From positions 1 to 26,108 of the forward strand of contig JBHGBC010000081.1 of NCBI GenBank assembly GCA_041946805.1: 26,108 nt of DNA, given 5' to 3'. The translations under genes were made by a program, and so were the position numbers. Below the pieces are notes generated by a model that was not told the DNA's origin, searched no databases, and saw only the letters and a program-made list of their open reading frames with translations. The first letter of the stretch is position 1. Each line of letters begins with the position of its first letter. The stretch is from a bacterium (lineage in GTDB: Bacteria; Hinthialibacterota; Hinthialibacteria; Hinthialibacterales; Hinthialibacteraceae). Positions 18,342 to 26,108 of the stretch are shown in pieces.

Positions 18342-20990
18342 ATGAAACGTACTTCTATTCCTTCTATTCACGGATGGATTTTTTCGCTGGGGATGATGGC
18401 TTTCTTCACACTGGTGCTTGGTTTTCCCTGTTTTTCAGTCACCGCGGAATCCGCGCGATGGATCTGGTCCGATCCCGGTCAGCCCGCACCGAAAAACCGC
18501 TTCACCTATTTTCGGACCGTTGCCGAGCTGGACCGGTTGCCCCAGGATTCCACCCTGCTTTTCGCCGCCGACAGCAACGCCCGCCTGTGGATCAACGGGA
18601 ACATCGTCCGCCGTAAGGTGGCGCGTTACCATGAAGAGAAAATCACCGCCGAAGTGATCAACGCCGCTCCTTATTTGCGCGTGGGGAAAAACGTCATCAC
18701 CGTCCTGCATCACAACTGGGGAAATATCATCACCTTTCAGCGCACGGGCAACCAACATGCCGGCTTGTACGTGGACAGCGAATGGGTTAAAAGCGATGCC
18801 TCCTGGCGCTGCCGGACCGCTCCCGAATTTCTCGCCCATGAAACGCAAATCGTGGGCGTCATCGGCGATCACCGCATCCGCTATCCGGTCATCATCGACG
18901 GCCGCCGGGTGTTGCCAGGCGACATTCACGATCCCGCCTTCGACGACCGCGCCTGGAGCCGCGCGGTGGAAGTGACCGATGGCCCATGGCCGGAAAAGCC
19001 TCGCCCGGCCGAAACGTCCGGCCAGCGGGAATACTTCATGCCGCCCCTTAGCGTGCTGGCCGCCGGGATTGTCTCATCCACCCAGCCGGTCTTCGACGGC
19101 CCCTTGGCCATGGCTTCCCGCATCCGCACGGCCGTCTATTCGCCTTCTCCCGAAGAGACGGCGGAAGCCGGAAATGTATTGAGTAACCGGGAAACCGTCA
19201 TTCAAGGCCAGGCGGGCGAAACCCATTACCTCACCTTCGACTTCGGCCTGCCCGCGCATGGCTATCCCCGGCTGGAGATCGCGGACGCGCCCGCGGGCAC
19301 GGTGATCGACCTGGGCTATTGCGAACTCGCCCGCGCGTTGTATAACGGCGAGACGCACGTCCGGCCCGATGGCTGGATCAATCCCGAGCGTGTCGTGGGC
19401 AAGGGGTACGCGGACCGCTACATCACCCGGGCGGGATCGCAAACCATCGAGTTCCCCGATGAACGCACCGCCCGCTGGCTATCGGTGCATGTCCATTTCC
19501 CTGTCGCGGGAGAAGTGAAACTCAAACAAGCCGGGATCGTCAAATCACAATATCCAATCAACCCCATCGGCAGTTTTTCCTGCGGGGATGAACGGATCGA
19601 TCAGATCGTCAAGCTGGGCCTGATCCACGCCGAGGTGACCATGAGCGACTCGTACGTGGACACTCCCGGCCGCGAGGACGGCCAGTGGATCGAGGACGCG
19701 CGGCCCCGCGCCCTGATCTCCGCCTCCTGGTTCGGTGACCACCAGCTGCGCCGATTTTTGATCCGCACGCACGCGGAAGGGCAGGGACCTGACGGCGATT
19801 TCCATCCCTTCGCCCCCAGCAATTACCCGGCCTATCCCGCGCCGTACGATTGGAGCGTCCAATGGATCGCCTTTCTCTATGATGAGTACATGTGGACGGG
19901 CGATACCGGGCTGATCGAGACCTATTGGCCGAACGTCGTCAAGTATTGGGACAACGTGCTTTCTCATGTCAACGAAGATGGCTTATGGTTGACAAATCGC
20001 GTGCTGGCCGACATCCGGGTTGGCCTGCATTGCGCGAATGATAAGCAATCCAGCGGCATTGTCACGCCCTGGATCATTGAACGCCTGCGCTGGACCGCCG
20101 TCATGGCCGAGGCCATCGGCGAAAAGGATCAGGCCGGGCGGTGGCGCGACACCGCGGATCGTATGGAACAGGCTTTCCGCCAATATCACATCGTGCCCGC
20201 GTCCGGGGATGTCCCCGCGCACGTGGCCGACCGCTTCGATCCCGCCGATCCCTCACTCGAACGGGGCTACAGCCAGGCCGGGCAGACCATCGCCATCACC
20301 TCGGGCCTGATGCCCATGGAATTGGCGCGGCTGGATCTCGATTACGCCTTCCCGGCTCACGATGGGACACCACCTCCGGGCGTCACGCGCTGGAACAATC
20401 CCACCTACGGGTACCGCGTGCTCAGAACCCTCACCGAGAACGGTTTTTCCGAGCGCGCCGTCGCGCATTTAATCGAGCGGTACGCCCCTTATCTCCCCGG
20501 TAATCCCCGCAATCCGGTTCCTGCGGTTCTGCAAGGACCGTACGGCGGGCCGCTGCCGGAGTATTGGGTTTCGCGAGAAGATTTGAATCTGAAACCGGGC
20601 GAAACCGACACTGCCCAGCCCGAGGATGAAACGGGGTCCCACGGTTGGCAATCTGTCCCGCTACTGTGGATGCACGATACGCTCCTAGGCGTGCGGATCA
20701 CCGAACCGGGCGGCGGCCGGATCCGCATTCATCCCGATGCCGCCGGACTCCCTTACGTGGCGGGTCATGTGAGAACGCCCAAGGGATTGGTCTGGGTTTA
20801 TTGGGATCCGCAAACCTGGACGTTGGAAGTGGAGCTGCCCGGGGACGTCACCGCCGATGTGACCATGCCGGATGTCTGCCAAGGCAAGCCGGTCAAGGTG
20901 CTGCGAAGCCCGGACGGCGGCATCACCGCGCAAGACGGCCCGCGGTTGACCTTCGCGAAGGAGGGGAAATACGTCCTCGCCGTCCATTGA
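18342..20990 (+). CDS. Secreted GH78-like (alpha-L-rhamnosidase family) glycoside hydrolase
   Basis: Signal peptide; ARWIW, YFR, ADS..LWING; GSFSCGDERIDQI; DTPGREDGQW..D; PEYW; SHGW..P; GHVRTPKGLV.V.W. RBS AGGAG at about 18330. Confidence 0.8.
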   Translation: MKRTSIPSIHGWIFSLGMMAFFTLVLGFPCFSVTAESARWIWSDPGQPAPKNRFTYFRTVAELDRLPQDSTLLFAADSNARLWINGNIVRRKVARYHEEKITAEVINAAPYLRVGKNVITVLHHNWGNIITFQRTGNQHAGLYVDSEWVKSDASWRCRTAPEFLAHETQIVGVIGDHRIRYPVIIDGRRVLPGDIHDPAFDDRAWSRAVEVTDGPWPEKPRPAETSGQREYFMPPLSVLAAGIVSSTQPVFDGPLAMASRIRTAVYSPSPEETAEAGNVLSNRETVIQGQAGETHYLTFDFGLPAHGYPRLEIADAPAGTVIDLGYCELARALYNGETHVRPDGWINPERVVGKGYADRYITRAGSQTIEFPDERTARWLSVHVHFPVAGEVKLKQAGIVKSQYPINPIGSFSCGDERIDQIVKLGLIHAEVTMSDSYVDTPGREDGQWIEDARPRALISASWFGDHQLRRFLIRTHAEGQGPDGDFHPFAPSNYPAYPAPYDWSVQWIAFLYDEYMWTGDTGLIETYWPNVVKYWDNVLSHVNEDGLWLTNRVLADIRVGLHCANDKQSSGIVTPWIIERLRWTAVMAEAIGEKDQAGRWRDTADRMEQAFRQYHIVPASGDVPAHVADRFDPADPSLERGYSQAGQTIAITSGLMPMELARLDLDYAFPAHDGTPPPGVTRWNNPTYGYRVLRTLTENGFSERAVAHLIERYAPYLPGNPRNPVPAVLQGPYGGPLPEYWVSREDLNLKPGETDTAQPEDETGSHGWQSVPLLWMHDTLLGVRITEPGGGRIRIHPDAAGLPYVAGHVRTPKGLVWVYWDPQTWTLEVELPGDVTADVTMPDVCQGKPVKVLRSPDGGITAQDGPRLTFAKEGKYVLAVH

Positions 20991-21161
20991 CGATTCCGCG
21001 GATAGGGATTTTCCATTCCGAACGAGCGCCTGGGCATGTATGTTTCGCTTCGGGGAGGCGGGCGCGTGTCAGGCCTGGTCCATCCTTCTATATTCTTTTC
21101 TCCCGGCATGGAAGCGATTTTTATCTCCATCGGGCGCTGGCCGGGAGTACGAAAAAAACAG

Positions 21162-21190
21162 TTGACAGGTCCGGGTCATTCTGTTAAAAA
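21162..21190 (+). promoter_or_regulatory. Putative sigma70 promoter
   Basis: TTGACA (21162-21167), a 17-bp spacer, and an extended -10 TGnTAAAAA (21182-21190). Confidence 0.55.
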
Positions 21191-21195
21191 AACAG

Positions 21196-21404
21196 CGGTT
21201 CATCCGAGACGTGCGTACATAATGAGGTAAAATCGATTTCATTCACTCCGGAATGAGGGTGGACACCAAGGTCCGCTCCTACAAAAATCCCTCACCCTTG
21301 TCCTCTCCCCGAGGGAGAGGGAATTTTAGGGGTGGTTTTCATCGATCATTTCGAAGAGATGCGAACCGGCGGTCTAAAAAAAGTACGCACGTGCCGGAGG
21401 AGCC
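21196..21404. mobile_element. MITE-like non-autonomous element, copy 2
   Basis: TIRs GGTTCATCCGAGACGTGCGTAC / GTACGCACGTGCCGGAGGAGCC (18 of 22). Flanked by the direct repeat AAAACAG at 21189-21195 and 21405-21411. Confidence 0.85.
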
Positions 21405-21630
21405 AAAACAGTGGTCATAGGGGATCCCATTTTGCGATTCTCCTTCCCGTCATGGATCCTCTATCCCAAGAGAATTTATCTTAGCGAATTTTCCTATTCA
21501 ACTCGCTGACCAATTGGCTGGTTTTTTTTATTGGGGATTGTATCTGAGGGGATTTTCCGGTCCTCGGCATTCTCAACATCCTTTAAAAATTTCATCATCA
21601 CACATCCCGCACGAGAGGGAGGAGACAACG

Positions 21631-22521
21631 ATGAAAAGCTTTTGTCGGATGGGTCTGATTTTCATTCTCACGATCTCGGCCGTTCCGGCCGGGTATCCCG
21701 CCAAGATTGCGATGTTGGTGCCAACCGATTTGTTCTTGATGGGCGAGGATCCCGTGAACATTCCGGAAGACAAAGTATTTTTGCTGGAGACCATGTCCAC
21801 CGCGCAGGCGGGACTTTATTGGCTGGTCCGCCACTGGGAAAACGACTTGGGACATGTCGTCAATATTTATAATTCGGATCAGGATGATCCCGTCGATGTG
21901 CAAGACACGAACGACTTGATTTTCATTACGGAAGCGCTGGGTTCCGGTTCCGTCGCCGCCGATTACCGGACCTCGGTCAAACCGGTTATCTTCGCCGAGG
22001 CCTATATCATGGATGACATGGGCCTCACCAACGGCCAGTCGGCGTTTACCGGAGATTCCGCCGCCACCGAAATCCAAATCGTCAATCCCAACCATCCGAT
22101 CACGAAGGGCCTGCCGGATACCTTTACCGCGACCATCCTGGACAAGACGACCGGGAAGCCAATCCTGCCGACGTTTTCCACGGTCACGGATACGTCCGTT
22201 TTGGGGGGCGTGGGCGAGATTCTGGCGGTTTTGCCCACTTCCATCGATATCTCCAACAGCGGCAGTCAAAATTCGGAGAACGTTCCCGTTGTGATCGCCG
22301 TGGAAAAAGGGACCACTCTGGATCAAGGGGACGAAACCCTGGCGCGCTGGGTGTTTCTCGGTTACTCGGATGACATCGAGGCCACGTTCGCGGATTACGG
22401 CGGGGATCCGAATACGAAAACCCTGGCGGTGTTGAGCGAACCGGCGATCAAACTGTTGGATAATTGCACTGCCTGGGCCCTGGGCATGACCACCCGCGTC
22501 GATTCCTGGCCGGTCCACTGA
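21631..22521 (+). CDS. Secreted hypothetical protein, possibly class I glutamine-amidotransferase/ThuA-like fold, ending TRVDSWPVH
   Basis: RBS GGAGGAG; signal peptide MKSFCRMGLIFILTISAVPAGYPA; DLIFITE, KPVIFAEAY, IVNPNHPITKGL, KLLDNCTAWALG. Confidence 0.75.
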   Translation: MKSFCRMGLIFILTISAVPAGYPAKIAMLVPTDLFLMGEDPVNIPEDKVFLLETMSTAQAGLYWLVRHWENDLGHVVNIYNSDQDDPVDVQDTNDLIFITEALGSGSVAADYRTSVKPVIFAEAYIMDDMGLTNGQSAFTGDSAATEIQIVNPNHPITKGLPDTFTATILDKTTGKPILPTFSTVTDTSVLGGVGEILAVLPTSIDISNSGSQNSENVPVVIAVEKGTTLDQGDETLARWVFLGYSDDIEATFADYGGDPNTKTLAVLSEPAIKLLDNCTAWALGMTTRVDSWPVH

Positions 22522-22713
22522 TTGGAATCGCCCCATGGCGGCGGGATCTTGTTGACGTTTTTTTTGAAAATTCCGCCGCGCTCACCGAAGGAAACCGGGA
22601 TTTCGCATGAATCAGTTGACGGAACGGTCTCCGCGGTGTGAGAATGTGGCACAGGCAGGTAAGGACCGGCGTTACCGTCTTCCCCGGAATCGATGAGCCG
22701 AAAGGAGAACATC

Positions 22714-24285
22714 ATGCGCGGCCTGGCCATGCGATTGGGTTTATCATTCTTATCCATTTCCATAATCTATCCCCTGTGGGGGGCAGAGCCTGTCGGTATT
22801 TTCGAAGATAGCGTGGATGTGGGAGAGCCAAGCATTCCGGGTTTCGCCAAGTACGAGGTCGGCAAGTACATCGTGGACGCCGTGGGAGAAACCATCGGTC
22901 TGGAAGCCTTGAATGATCAATTTCATTTTGTCTTTAAAAAGATGACCGGCAATTTTGCCATTCAAGGCACTCCCGTTCCTTTGGATAATGTGGGAAGGGG
23001 CGGACTGATGATCCGGCAGGACCTCGATCCCGATTCCGTTCACGCTTCCCTCATGTTGACATCCGAGGCCGCCAAGGAATGGGAGGAGGCGCTCGAGTTC
23101 TCCGTGTTTCCGACCTTCCGCTCGCTCAAAGGCGGCGGCACCAAACGGCAGGGGGATCCGGAACCGGGCGGATTGACCAATGCCCATACCGGTCCCATCC
23201 GGCTCGAACGGATCGGGAACAGTTTTTATTTTTATACCGTCAACGCGACAGGGAAAAAAATCCTGATCCGCACCGAAATCGTTCCCATGACAGACGAGGT
23301 GTATGCCGGCTTGGCGGCCACGGCGGAAATGCCGGACGGACTCGGCACCTTTGAATTCAGCAACGTCACCATCGAGGAATACCCCGTGGCCGTGATACGC
23401 CAATTCCCCGCCGGTACCCATCAGAAAGGCAAGACCCTCTCCCCCATCACTCTCACGGCGGCGGCGCGGGCGGGATTGGTGGCCGATGTCACCGTCGCTG
23501 AACCGGCCCCCCTCGGAACCTCGATTGCCAACGCCAAGGCGTCGGCTGGAACGTTGTCCGCCGCCCCGGACGGAACGGTCTCGTGGTTCCTGTCCGGACT
23601 CTCCGGGACCGCGGTCCTGACCTATGACCTGAAATGGGAGTTATACGATTCCGTGGCGTTCAGCGGCACCTTCCACGACGGCCTGCATCCCAAAAGCTAT
23701 ACCGGCGGGGATGCCGTGCTGGCTCCCGCGTTCGCTTTCTCCCTGGACTATACACCCACTCCGGTCGATCCCGCCGGCGTCACGCTATTGCAGGCGGAAC
23801 GCGGCGTGCCCAACACGGATACCGATGCCTGGAGTTTGATGCTCGATTCACGGATTCTCAGCGGGATCGCCGCCGTCGCCGTGAATTCGAACGTCCAGTC
23901 GGCGCTGGAGTTCCCCATCACCATCACTCAGGAGGGGACGTACTATATTTTTGGCAAAGTCCGCGGCGATGACGGCAACAGCGACTCGTTCTATTTGGAG
24001 GTCGATGACCTGCCCGCGGGAGATAATATCACCGTTTGGGACCTGACCGGCGACAAACGGTACGTGGTGATGTGGGCCACCGGCCGGAATGAGAATGCGT
24101 CCGCATCCATCAGGCGTTCCTTCGATCTGGCCGTGGGTGAACACTCGATCTTCCTTAGTGGCCGTGAAAACGATGCCAGCATTGATTGGTTGGCCATCAC
24201 CATGAAATCCAACCAAAATATCAATACTTATGTCGAACGCCCCAAACCCGTGGTAACCGGCGTGGAGTCGTATATGCTGTATTGA
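22714..24285 (+). CDS. Secreted multi-beta-sandwich protein (ConA/DUF1349-like, Ig-like, CBM-like), ending TGVESYMLY
   Basis: RBS AAGGAG before ATG 22714; signal peptide; DQFHFVFKKMTGNF, GLMIRQDL, IRLERIGNSF, VYAGLA; LLQAE...GTYYIFGKV...DSFY...GEHSI...IDWLAIT. Confidence 0.8.
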   Translation: MRGLAMRLGLSFLSISIIYPLWGAEPVGIFEDSVDVGEPSIPGFAKYEVGKYIVDAVGETIGLEALNDQFHFVFKKMTGNFAIQGTPVPLDNVGRGGLMIRQDLDPDSVHASLMLTSEAAKEWEEALEFSVFPTFRSLKGGGTKRQGDPEPGGLTNAHTGPIRLERIGNSFYFYTVNATGKKILIRTEIVPMTDEVYAGLAATAEMPDGLGTFEFSNVTIEEYPVAVIRQFPAGTHQKGKTLSPITLTAAARAGLVADVTVAEPAPLGTSIANAKASAGTLSAAPDGTVSWFLSGLSGTAVLTYDLKWELYDSVAFSGTFHDGLHPKSYTGGDAVLAPAFAFSLDYTPTPVDPAGVTLLQAERGVPNTDTDAWSLMLDSRILSGIAAVAVNSNVQSALEFPITITQEGTYYIFGKVRGDDGNSDSFYLEVDDLPAGDNITVWDLTGDKRYVVMWATGRNENASASIRRSFDLAVGEHSIFLSGRENDASIDWLAITMKSNQNINTYVERPKPVVTGVESYMLY

Positions 24286-24559
24286 TGGCTTTCCTGCCGG
24301 CATTATTCATCCACTTCCCTGTTTCTCCGCGGATTGGTAAGGGTAAGCCGGAAGGAGGCGGTCTCTTCTGGGATTCACCACTTTCCGGCCAAGCCCCCCC
24401 GCACTAACCGTGGGATCTTTCGCATGGAATGCAGGGCGGCTGGATCGCGCCCTGTTTCGGACTTCCTCCCGGGATCAACACTCAGGCCGGAATCCCCCCA
24501 TGTGAAATCAGCCTCTCCTCGATGATCCGCGGAATCTGTTCGATCGCTCCTAATTCGGC

Positions 24560-25386
24560 TTGATTCCTGATGGATGCCGATCCCCTTCCCTGTTCGGAGA
24601 CGTGGGCCGTGTTTACATCGGCCTCGAGCCCGACCAAGGGGGCAAGACCTTCAAGGCGGGTATCCTCATGCGGTTGGCGGAAATCGGGTACAAGGGCGAA
24701 ATCCGCATTTTTGATTGCGGTGAATTCAAGGATCCATCCGCTCTATGCATCGACAATCCCGATGAGTTCTCCCGGCGGTTCGAGGAAATATTGGCCACGG
24801 CGGAACCTGTTGATCTGGCAGACTTCGCCAAGTTCGCGGCAGCGGTGGAAACCGGCCTTGAAGTCGATCCCCTGGCCCAGGCGATCGGCGAACTGGTGGA
24901 CAACGAAGAACGGTTCGATGGGGCGGCCGGTGAGTTGTACGCCCGTCTGGAATCCATGCCTGCGGCGATGGATAAAGTCAAACGTTCCCGCAACTGGCCT
25001 CAGTCAGCACGTGGCCTTCGCGCATCCCTGAAGCGGATCAAACCCCTACTAGAAAAAACCGGAATCTGCATCGAATTTTCAAAGATCAAGCATAACGGCC
25101 ATTACCCCATTCGGCTGTGCCGAAAAAACGGGGGAACTACATCCCCAACATCCCCAGGGTCGGTGGATGGCGGATTGTTCCCCGCGTGCGTATCGGGGAC
25201 GTTCCCGAACTGGATGAGGATTACCCGGCCTTAAACGATGAGGACATAGCCGAATTGACGGATGGCGGTCCGGGGGATGCCGGGGGTGATCCGTTCCCTA
25301 GTTTTATAACTACTCCACAATTCGGGGATAGCAAGCGGCGGGGCCTTCCCGCCATTCCCCTTCCGTCACTCCGCGATGATTTATAG
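24560..25386 (+). pseudogene. Remnant of a mobile-element primase/helicase-type replication gene
   Basis: TOPRIM-like tail VYIGLEPDQGG...KDPSAL is joined directly to ADFAKFA...DPLAQAI...WPQSARGLRASLKRIKPLL..GI. No N-terminus or Walker motifs. An acidic GD-rich tail continues in another frame (25117-25386). Confidence 0.6.
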
Positions 25387-25545
25387 GGATTCCAGGCTTT
25401 GCCCGTACCCCATCCGGACAGGCTGAAAGCCCCTGAATCCACTCCGCCCGCGTGACGATCCCCGGTAAGCCACCGGTAAAAAGGGAAAGCAAGGGGAAGG
25501 AGAATCCCGCCCCTGGCCTTACGGGTGACGCGGCCCGGCCCGGCT

Positions 25546-25815
25546 TTACCGGGATGCTGGTGGGGTGTTTCCGCGAAGCCAATACTCACCGAGTATACGG
25601 TGCCGTTCCTCTTCCGGAAGGTTTGAGAAAAACGAGAAAAGAATGGCGGCCAGCCGGGCGGGATGGTATCCGTCGAGGGACGGCCGGTTATCGCGGATCG
25701 CCGGGCATTCGGGATGAATCCCGCACGAAGGCGGGAGATTCCGATAAACCGTGCGGCATTCGCCGTAATACCCGCAAACCGCTTTGCCTTGGACTGCATC
25801 GAGGACTGCGTTCAT
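25546..25815 (-). CDS. Small Cys-containing hypothetical protein (89 aa)
   Basis: ATG at 25815 is preceded by GAGAGGGGA. Sequence MNAVLDAVQGKAVCGYYGEC...SCGIHPEC. Confidence 0.35.
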   Translation of the reverse strand: MNAVLDAVQGKAVCGYYGECRTVYRNLPPSCGIHPECPAIRDNRPSLDGYHPARLAAILFSFFSNLPEEERHRILGEYWLRGNTPPASR

Positions 25816-25911
25816 GATTTTTCCCCTCTCGAACAGATGGATGAACCCCGCGAGGCGGGGGAACGGCCGGATGGGGAAACAGGCAAAACGAGGGGATTTT
25901 TTTTGTCCGGG

Positions 25912-25931
25912 TGTTAGCACCCTGTTAGCAC
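25912..25931. repeat. Tandem TGTTAGCAC direct repeats, putative integrase arm-type sites
   Basis: TGTTAGCAC at 25912-25920 and 25923-25931 (11-bp period), about 50 bp from the tRNA fragment. Confidence 0.55.
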
Positions 25932-25983
25932 GGATAATTTTGGGGGTTGAAGGGGATGAATGTAAGTCTAATCAAATCAAGTC

Positions 25984-26037
25984 CAGGCGTGGAGGGGCTC
26001 GAACCCCCGACCTGCTGATCTGTAGTTAGGTGTTCTA
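25984..26037 (-). pseudogene. Degenerate 3' two-thirds of a tRNA-Arg(ACG)-like gene, probable att-site relic
   Basis: Minus strand reads TAGAACA-CCTAA-CTACAGA-TCAGC-AGGTC-GGGGG-TTCGAGC-CCCTC-CACGCCTG. The T-arm is intact, the anticodon arm resembles CCTGACTACGGATCAG with transitions, and there is no 5' acceptor/D-arm and no CCA. Confidence 0.7.
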
Positions 26038-26108
26038 GCATATCGTTACACTCCATCCGCCTTGAATGTGCTATTATATCGGCCTTTTTGGGGATTTTAA
26101 GGGCTAAA

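Noticed and set aside
22538..22579. Inverted repeat GCGGCGGGAT/ATTCCGCCGC as a terminator
   Set aside because: The T-run lies inside the loop rather than after the stem, so it is not a canonical intrinsic terminator.
22646..22662. TGGCAC as a possible sigma54 -24 element
   Set aside because: No GC/TTGC at the -12 position.
25984..26060. Functional tRNA gene
   Set aside because: No 5' acceptor strand or D-arm, a mismatched anticodon stem and no CCA; reported as a fragment instead.

Overview
GC-rich bacterial chromosomal window. In order it holds: the end of a probable DUF1778/GNAT toxin-antitoxin pair; a system II cytochrome c biogenesis pair (ResB/CcsB-like plus ccsA); a CgeB-like glycosyltransferase; a degenerate TIM-barrel protein; a PilZ-STAS-receiver-like gene with a stand-alone STAS gene; a tandem-domain USP; a TPR protein / pilin-like protein / NtrC-family regulator cluster whose regulator lacks GAFTGA; glgX-ldh; a secreted GH78-like hydrolase; and two unrelated secreted proteins sharing a 9-residue C-terminal motif. 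The right end is a decayed integrative-element remnant (TOPRIM fragment, arm-like repeats, degenerate tRNA-Arg 3' fragment). The strongest non-gene signal is a ~210-bp MITE-like element: two ~90% identical copies, each with its own 7-bp target duplication, plus a diverged third copy, carrying two REP-like hairpins. The best candidates for undescribed biology are the shared C-terminal motif (possible sorting signal), the REP-carrying MITE family, and the phosphosite-less PilZ/STAS module. All calls come from reading motifs by eye; no database searches were run.
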